Made by a program: the position numbers and the translations under genes. Below are positions 57,876 to 64,000 of a stretch of 64,000 nucleotides of DNA, in pieces. Position 1 is the first letter of the stretch, and each line of letters starts with the position of its first letter. The notes under the pieces are model-generated. The model worked only from the letters and a program-made list of their open reading frames with translations, ran no database searches and was not told the DNA's origin. This DNA is from a virus, in IMG/VR virus record IMGVR_UViG_3300036860_000514, positions 1-64,000 of that record. One strand, written 5' to 3'.

Positions 57876-60596
57876 ATGGCCCAGTACACCGCGTACATGG
57901 GCTGGGTGATCGTCTACTTCGACCGCACGAAGTACGATGCGGCGGTTGCGGCCTACGGCCAACGCGTCGCGGGCGCCCCCGACGCGGTGATGGCGACGCT
58001 CGGGGTCGCCGGAGGGCCGGTCGATATCGCGGCTCGCCGCGCCGCCGGCGAGTCCTATGCCTACTTCGTCTATCCCTTTTGGCCGGGGAGTGAGTTTCGG
58101 CATCCTGGCCCGTCTGGGCTCTTCGTCGATAGCGCCGTCGCCTCAACGCTGGTGCCGGGTCAGCCCAGTGCGGTCGACCCGAGTCCGCCGGATGGCCTCT
58201 TCGTCTGGGACGGGGTCCTCAGCTTTCAGGGCGGCGGAGAGGCCCCCGGGGTGCCGCCCACGCCAGGTCCGATCCGCCCCCGGCAATTCATCTGCGGCTG
58301 GGAGATGCCGGCGCAGGGCGAAGGCGGGAGCTTCTCGGGATCGGGGGGCAACGGGGTCAGTCGCGACGCCTCACGCACGATTGATGGCTACGGGTTCGCG
58401 ATGCGCTCGACCACCGGCAACCGCACGCAGCAGGCCAATGAGTTCGGCGCGTCGGCGGCCCAGTCGGTCTGGGAGCGGATCTACATCCGGCTGCGTGCCG
58501 CCCCGTCGACCAAAGAGCAGTTCTGGGCGATGAGCGGATCGATCAGTGGCGTCGCCATGCGCGCGCGCATTCTGCCGAGCGGCGCGATCGAAGTGTTTGA
58601 CGCGGGCACGGCGGGCGTCGCGGGCACGTCGGCCGCCCTCACGGTGGGCCGCTGGTACAAGGTCGACTTCGTCTGGACCTTCTCCTCGGTGAATACGCCC
58701 TCGCGCCTGGGGCGCTTCCAGCTCTATCTCGACGGCGTGCAGGTCTTTGAGTACACCTCCTCGACCAACGCCGGGATCGGGGCCTTCCAGACCCACCTGA
58801 GCTCGATTGCCGGCAACAGTGAAGGCACGAGCTTCGGCCTCGAGCTCGATGTCGACGACTGGTCCTCGATGAGCCTCGACAACGGCGTCAATCCGGGCGA
58901 CATCGTGCTGCCGACGGGGATCGACTGGCTCTACGGCACGCACATGCAATTGGTCGGCGCCGACGGCTTCGCCGCCTCGCACAACGGCGCGGCCTGGACC
59001 GGCGCGGACTGGCGGTCGACGCTGCAGAATCCCATCTCCGCGGCCGCGACGACCGCGCAGTTGACCTCGACCACCTCCGGCCCCACGCTCGCCGTCACGG
59101 TCAGCGAGGGGTTGGCGCTGCAGCAGGTGCAGCTCGGAGCCGCGGCGATGGTCGTCGGGATTCACCTCCAACGCTTCGGCAGCAATGGGCAGCTCGGCTA
59201 CTCGATCGCGGGCGGCGCGCCCGTGCTCGTCGCCGACACGACGAACGTCGCGAGCTTCGAATGGGACAGCATGATGTACCGGCCGTCAGGGATGATCACC
59301 CCAGCGGTGATTGCCCCGGTCGAGCTCGTCCACGTCAAGGCCTCCGATACGAGTCAGGAGAAAGTCGACGCCCTCATGGCGGTCGTCGAGTACATCGGCA
59401 CCTGGGAGGTCGAAGACGCCCCGTCGGGGACCTCCACCGTTGGGCCCACCGGCCTCCACAATGCGCCGTACCCCTTTTCTGCGTGGGCGCTCGATCAGCC
59501 CCCACCGAGCTCGCCGGTCTACGTCGGCGGAGGCACCTATACCGGTAATGGGGCGGGGCAGGACGTCACCCTGCCGTGGCCCGGGCACTGGTGGCATCTG
59601 CACCGCGTCCCCGCGAGCTCGAACGATCTGTACTGGTGGCCCTCCCTCCTCGGGACGCACGAAGGCCTCGCCACGGGACATGAGCCGGCGGGGATGGTCC
59701 AGGCGCTCTACGACGGGGTCAATGCGAACCTGCGCGTGACCGGGATCGGCCCGCAGATCAACGAGAACGCCGCGAGCCTGCAGTGGATCAGCTTCATGGA
59801 TCCGGGTGGGCGCTTCAACCTCACCGGCGCGCTCGCGCATGCCAATAGCGTCTCGGTCGCCGACACCGCGCTCGTCGACACCGGCTTCACGCCTGAAGCC
59901 GGGTTCTTCTTCATCGACGAGATCAACGGCTCGACCAACCGCCTCTGGTACAAGGGCCTCGGGCACGCGGCTGACGCGGCTTCCCCGCTCGATGGGGCCG
60001 AGAACACGAGCGCCATCACCTTCTCCACCGGATCGATTCGCACGCGTACCGTCATCCATGCGGTCAACAACGCGCAGATCGGCTATAGCCTCTGGCGCCG
60101 GAACGACGGCTCGGGCGGGAACGCCGTGCACATCGGGTTCTACACCGGCGATGGGACGGCCTCGCGTGTGATTGCCTGCGTGCTCGGCGGGCGCTACCCG
60201 ATGTACGCGCTCGTGGTCCCCCACAACGCCACCTCGATCTATCGCGATCCCTCGCACACGTCGAACAACAGCACGACGGCGACGGGGAGCACCACGACGA
60301 CCGGGATCACGGCGGGTGGGGTGGACTCGATTACCGTGGGGATCACGCTGAATGCGAATGCCATTGTCTATGACGTCTTCGTCATCCCGGGCTGTTCGTC
60401 GAGCTCCTGGTCCAACGGCATCTGCTCGCTGACCGCGCCCGTCGCGGCTCCGGGGAGTCAGTACACGAGCACCACGCCAGGTGGACCGGTGGGGCCCGCC
60501 CTGCCCTCGTCGGGCGGTGGCTGTCCGACGTCGGGGTTTCCGCTGCCGGGCGCGAGTTCGGCCGCCAGCGGCTGCTCACCTCCGTTATTCTATTGA
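57876..60596 (+). CDS. Tail fiber/receptor-binding protein (LamG-like domain plus YTG.G repeats)
   Basis: GRWYKV...LYLDG LamG-like pattern; YTGNG and YTGDG repeats; GFTP. Confidence 0.65.
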   Translation: MAQYTAYMGWVIVYFDRTKYDAAVAAYGQRVAGAPDAVMATLGVAGGPVDIAARRAAGESYAYFVYPFWPGSEFRHPGPSGLFVDSAVASTLVPGQPSAVDPSPPDGLFVWDGVLSFQGGGEAPGVPPTPGPIRPRQFICGWEMPAQGEGGSFSGSGGNGVSRDASRTIDGYGFAMRSTTGNRTQQANEFGASAAQSVWERIYIRLRAAPSTKEQFWAMSGSISGVAMRARILPSGAIEVFDAGTAGVAGTSAALTVGRWYKVDFVWTFSSVNTPSRLGRFQLYLDGVQVFEYTSSTNAGIGAFQTHLSSIAGNSEGTSFGLELDVDDWSSMSLDNGVNPGDIVLPTGIDWLYGTHMQLVGADGFAASHNGAAWTGADWRSTLQNPISAAATTAQLTSTTSGPTLAVTVSEGLALQQVQLGAAAMVVGIHLQRFGSNGQLGYSIAGGAPVLVADTTNVASFEWDSMMYRPSGMITPAVIAPVELVHVKASDTSQEKVDALMAVVEYIGTWEVEDAPSGTSTVGPTGLHNAPYPFSAWALDQPPPSSPVYVGGGTYTGNGAGQDVTLPWPGHWWHLHRVPASSNDLYWWPSLLGTHEGLATGHEPAGMVQALYDGVNANLRVTGIGPQINENAASLQWISFMDPGGRFNLTGALAHANSVSVADTALVDTGFTPEAGFFFIDEINGSTNRLWYKGLGHAADAASPLDGAENTSAITFSTGSIRTRTVIHAVNNAQIGYSLWRRNDGSGGNAVHIGFYTGDGTASRVIACVLGGRYPMYALVVPHNATSIYRDPSHTSNNSTTATGSTTTTGITAGGVDSITVGITLNANAIVYDVFVIPGCSSSSWSNGICSLTAPVAAPGSQYTSTTPGGPVGPALPSSGGGCPTSGFPLPGASSAASGCSPPLFY

Positions 60597-60602
60597 CGGG
60601 AC

Positions 60603-61328
60603 ATGGCCTACCAAGCGGTCACGCTCGAGGATCTGCGGAAGGCGATCGCCGCCAAACGGGATGGCATTCTGCAGTGGACGCCCGAGGAGGAACGGCTCGC
60701 GATCAATGAAGCCCTGCGCCTCTGGAACCTGCTGACGGGGCGCTGGCGTCGTCGCGCATCCCAGAACACCGGAGTCGGTACGGTGGAGTACACGCTGCCC
60801 TCGACGATGGTCTATGGGATGCGCGTCGTCGTCAGCGGCACCCCGCTCGCGGTCGCCTCGACGACCGAGCTCGATCTCATGCGCCCGAGCTGGCGCAGCG
60901 AGACCGTCGCCTCGGGGGGTGACGTGCCGACGGCGCCAACGGTCTGGGTCCCGATCTCGCTGCTGCGGATCGCGATCTGGCCGGCGATGAACAGCGTGGT
61001 CGTGAACGGGCTGCAGGTCGACGGCGTCTCGGCGACGCCGATCCTCTCCGAGCCAGGCGACTTCGTCGATCTCGGGCAGGAGCTCTTCGACCATCTCCTC
61101 AACCTGGTGCTGCACCTGCTGGCCTTCAAGATCGGTGGCCAGACGTGGAAGGCGACGCTCCCGGCCTTTCAGCGCTTTCTCCAGGCCGCCGCCGAGGAGA
61201 ACGGCGTCCTCAAGGCGAATCAGAAATTCCGGCGCTGGGCCGGGCTGAATCGACGCGTCGATCTGCAGAAGGCCAAGGGCGAGTCGACCCAGCTCGATCT
61301 GATCGCGGGAGGCGGAGGCGTCCAGTGA
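60603..61328 (+). CDS. Head-tail adaptor-like protein
   Basis: WT.EE...AINEA, YTLP, IWP. Confidence 0.6.
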   Translation: MAYQAVTLEDLRKAIAAKRDGILQWTPEEERLAINEALRLWNLLTGRWRRRASQNTGVGTVEYTLPSTMVYGMRVVVSGTPLAVASTTELDLMRPSWRSETVASGGDVPTAPTVWVPISLLRIAIWPAMNSVVVNGLQVDGVSATPILSEPGDFVDLGQELFDHLLNLVLHLLAFKIGGQTWKATLPAFQRFLQAAAEENGVLKANQKFRRWAGLNRRVDLQKAKGESTQLDLIAGGGGVQ

Positions 61329-61957
61329 CCGATCAAGAGCTCCTCACCGCGATCCAGTACGCGCTCGTCGAGCCCCCGGATGGCGGCTCGAGCTGGCCCT
61401 CGGGGCTCTGGACGCGCGATGAAGTGATCCAGGCGCTGAACACGCGCCAGCGGCAGCTCCTGCGCGACACGCATCTGATCGTCACCCGCACAGAGACCCC
61501 GGTGACGGCGAACACCAACCCCGTCACGCTCCCTGCGGATTGGATCGCGACGCTCGGCGGCGTGTGGCGGACCGCCGGCGGCGTGCGGACTCCGCTCTCC
61601 CCCGCCGACGCCTTCGAAGCGGATCTCGCGCTGCCGTCCTGGGAAGTCACGCCAGATATTCCGCTCGCGATCCTCGACGGGGATGAGGGCACGCTCACCC
61701 TCCGCCTCTCGCCGATCCCGGTCGCCGATGGCACGCTCGAACTCCTCTACGTCGCCCTGCCGACGGCGGCGACGGGCCACGGCGTTACCTTGTCGATGCC
61801 CGATGAATTTCTGGACGGCGTGAAATACGGGACGCTCGCGGATCTCCTCGGCGGGAAGGTGGGCCGAGCGAGTGATCCCGCGCGCGCGCAGTACTGCGAA
61901 GAGCGCTTCGGGCTGGTCGAGATGGCGGCGGAACTGATCCTCGGGGGCTGGGCCTAG
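61325..61957 (+). CDS. Head-tail adaptor-like protein (DUF6682-like)
   Basis: WT..E....LN..Q, LPAD, L.P.P, LYV..P. Confidence 0.6.
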   Translation: MTDQELLTAIQYALVEPPDGGSSWPSGLWTRDEVIQALNTRQRQLLRDTHLIVTRTETPVTANTNPVTLPADWIATLGGVWRTAGGVRTPLSPADAFEADLALPSWEVTPDIPLAILDGDEGTLTLRLSPIPVADGTLELLYVALPTAATGHGVTLSMPDEFLDGVKYGTLADLLGGKVGRASDPARAQYCEERFGLVEMAAELILGGWA

Positions 61958-62457
61958 CGGAGCTGCTCGGCATTTGCGCGGATCCAGGTCCGCAGGTCTT
62001 TGACGATCTGATCCGCGCAATAACTCCACGCGCCCGCGGAGAACGCGAAACTCTCTCGAGTCAACGTGCCGATGACCGGCCGGTGGTAGTCCCGGACATC
62101 CATCCGGGTGGCGATCCAGTACGTCTCGGCGGTCATCGGGGTCGTGGTGATGTCGCCAAAGAGATCGTAGGGCCGGATGCGCTGCCCGTAGGCCTGCGCG
62201 CCCACCCCGCGACCGAAGACGGTCACGACGATCAGAGCCGCCTCGCGTCGATCGACGACCGCGAACTCCTTACCCTTCGCCAGTCGCGATCGGAGATCCT
62301 TGACGGAATCGAGGATGTCCTGGTCGGCGTCGACAAATCCACCCTTCATCGGTGCCGAGACGAAGATCGGAACCCGCCCGTTCGGTTGGCCAATCGCCGT
62401 GGATCCGAGGGGGAACAGCGCGAAACACAGGAGTAGCCGCGCTATGCGGTGTGCCAT
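61954..62457 (-). CDS. Moron: exported protein transcribed against the structural operon
   Basis: GGAGGAGG RBS; signal-peptide-like MAHRIARLLLCFALFPLGSTAIG. Confidence 0.7.
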   Translation of the reverse strand: MAHRIARLLLCFALFPLGSTAIGQPNGRVPIFVSAPMKGGFVDADQDILDSVKDLRSRLAKGKEFAVVDRREAALIVVTVFGRGVGAQAYGQRIRPYDLFGDITTTPMTAETYWIATRMDVRDYHRPVIGTLTRESFAFSAGAWSYCADQIVKDLRTWIRANAEQLR

Positions 62458-62503
62458 CGGGGGACCTCCTCCGTTTCGAGTTTACTGACACAGCCGCCAT
62501 GCT

Positions 62504-62538
62504 CGCTAGTACACTAGCGGTATGACCATAGGGTCATA
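62504..62538. promoter_or_regulatory. Two adjacent inverted repeats in a divergent intergenic region
   Basis: CGCTAGT-AC-ACTAGCG (62504-62519) and TATGACC-ATAG-GGTCATA (62521-62538). Confidence 0.5.
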
Positions 62539-62539
62539 G

Positions 62540-64000
62540 ATGCCTGAGCAGCAGACGCAACGCGGGCAGGCGGTCACCCGGGCGAACTTCGATCAGCCGT
62601 TCGAAACCCTCCTCCTGCGTCTCGGCGTCCGGGGGCTCAATCTCCAGGACGAACTCGACGTCATCCCCCCCGATCAGCTCGCTCGCTTCACCAACGGCGA
62701 GCATGACGCCAACGGGGCGATTACCAGCCGGCCGGGGCAGACCTCGCTCGCCACCGGCGGCACCAAGCATCACAGCATGCGGATCCTCCGCGATCCGCAG
62801 ACCGGCGCGCACACACGCATCTGGGGCACCGACACCGACCTGCGGATCGGCCTGTCGGGCGCCCTCTCGGTCATCGACTCCGGCTACTCCGGCAATCCGC
62901 TCGCGCTGACGCCCGATCATCCCCCGCTCTCGGGTGATCCCTGGATGTTCGTCGGCGATAGCGCACGGATGCGCAAAGTGCGGGCGGATGGCCTCGATCT
63001 GCCGATCGGTCTGCCGGCGCCTTCGGTGGCCGCGACCGCGGTCCTCGGCACCGAATATCGGCGCGGGGTCGCCGCCTTTGATTCGACCGATGGGACGCAG
63101 GCGGCGAACTGGACGGGGGTGGCTGGCAAAGATACGACTGGCGTGGCCTCCGGCACCCCGACGGCGAGTGATGAGGCGAGCCCGGTCACCGCCAGCAACT
63201 GCGTCGCCTTCTTTACCGTGCCTGGCGGGATTACCACGACGTATGACTCCTGGTGGGTGATCCCGATTACGCGTACGCTGGCGACGCTCTCGCCGGTCTC
63301 GGGCGCCGGCGATATTGCCGCCTCCGACGACGACATCCTGCATCTCTGGATGAAGGCGTCCCACCCGCACCTACTGCAAGAAGTGCGCGTCTATATCATC
63401 TGTTCCGCGAGCGTCGATCTCACGAAGATCCCGGGCAGCCCTGGCTCGACGAGTACCGATGCCTACGTCAAGAGCTTCCGCCGGAATGACTTCGCGATCT
63501 ACGCGCAAGCGACCCAGCCGCAGGTCGATGCGGCCGCGACCGCTCGGCTGCAGGCGATCGACGATGACAAGCTCAAGGAGCGCAAAATCGACGACGATCG
63601 CGCGTCCTGGGAGGTGCCCCGCGCGGAGCGCGATCCGAACCGCGCGCGAGCCGTCCAAGCGCCTGCCGGCAGTCATCAGTGGATCGAGTTCGGCTCGATT
63701 GGGATCAGTTTGCGGCGCGGCGATTTCCAGCGCCTCGGGACGACCACCGGACGCGACTGGTCGACCGTGACGGGCGTGGCGATCTATCTGCGATCCGATA
63801 TCACGACGGGCGACCGGCTCTTCCAAGTCAACTTCGATGATCTGTACCTGACGGGCGGCTTTGGGCCCGACACGGTCGAGCCTGGCGCGCAGCAGCTCGA
63901 TTGGCGGTACACCAACTATGACCCGCGGAGCGGCGCGGAGAGCAACGGCTCCCCGATCATGTCCACCTTCCTCGACAGCCGCCGCCAGTCGGTGACGGTC
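62540..64000 (+). CDS. Large tail protein (nozzle/tubular-protein-B-like), 3'-truncated; not in the ORF track
   Basis: ATG at 62540 gives MPEQQTQ...GLNL.D..D...N...G...RPG; follows the adaptor genes and appears open to the window end. Confidence 0.6.
   Translation, partial: MPEQQTQRGQAVTRANFDQPFETLLLRLGVRGLNLQDELDVIPPDQLARFTNGEHDANGAITSRPGQTSLATGGTKHHSMRILRDPQTGAHTRIWGTDTDLRIGLSGALSVIDSGYSGNPLALTPDHPPLSGDPWMFVGDSARMRKVRADGLDLPIGLPAPSVAATAVLGTEYRRGVAAFDSTDGTQAANWTGVAGKDTTGVASGTPTASDEASPVTASNCVAFFTVPGGITTTYDSWWVIPITRTLATLSPVSGAGDIAASDDDILHLWMKASHPHLLQEVRVYIICSASVDLTKIPGSPGSTSTDAYVKSFRRNDFAIYAQATQPQVDAAATARLQAIDDDKLKERKIDDDRASWEVPRAERDPNRARAVQAPAGSHQWIEFGSIGISLRRGDFQRLGTTTGRDWSTVTGVAIYLRSDITTGDRLFQVNFDDLYLTGGFGPDTVEPGAQQLDWRYTNYDPRSGAESNGSPIMSTFLDSRRQSVTV

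Noticed and set aside
57876-60596. Diversity-generating retroelement targeting the tail fiber
   Set aside because: No reverse transcriptase and no adenine-variable TR/VR pair was seen.

Overview
The window is most of the genome of a GC-rich temperate tailed phage (Caudoviricetes), probably podovirus-like because no tape-measure or tail-tube gene is visible. It is seen in the non-integrated (attP) state and cut so that rightward structural genes occupy both ends. From 0.75 to 22 kb a leftward operon encodes a uracil-DNA-glycosylase-fused family A DNA polymerase, nucleotide/ADP-ribose-handling enzymes, a DNA adenine methyltransferase and a dense block of five glycosyltransferases and three non-DNA methyltransferases. 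From 21.6 to 24.7 kb lie an excisionase-like gene, a cro/cI-like switch, a tyrosine integrase with a non-canonical active site, and attP (3' half of tRNA-Arg(CCG) with flanking repeats). From 25 to 38 kb are a Cas4-like exonuclease, an AAA_25 ATPase beside an origin-like repeat region, vWA and bulb-lectin proteins, and many small early genes. From 39 to 64 kb are packaging, lysis, portal, an array of tiny basic proteins, scaffold, major capsid and tail genes. The best candidate for an undescribed system is the pairing of a multi-enzyme glycan-building cluster with virion proteins (including the major capsid protein) that carry hydrophobic or signal-like N-terminal leaders. All family assignments come from motif recognition by eye; no database search was run.
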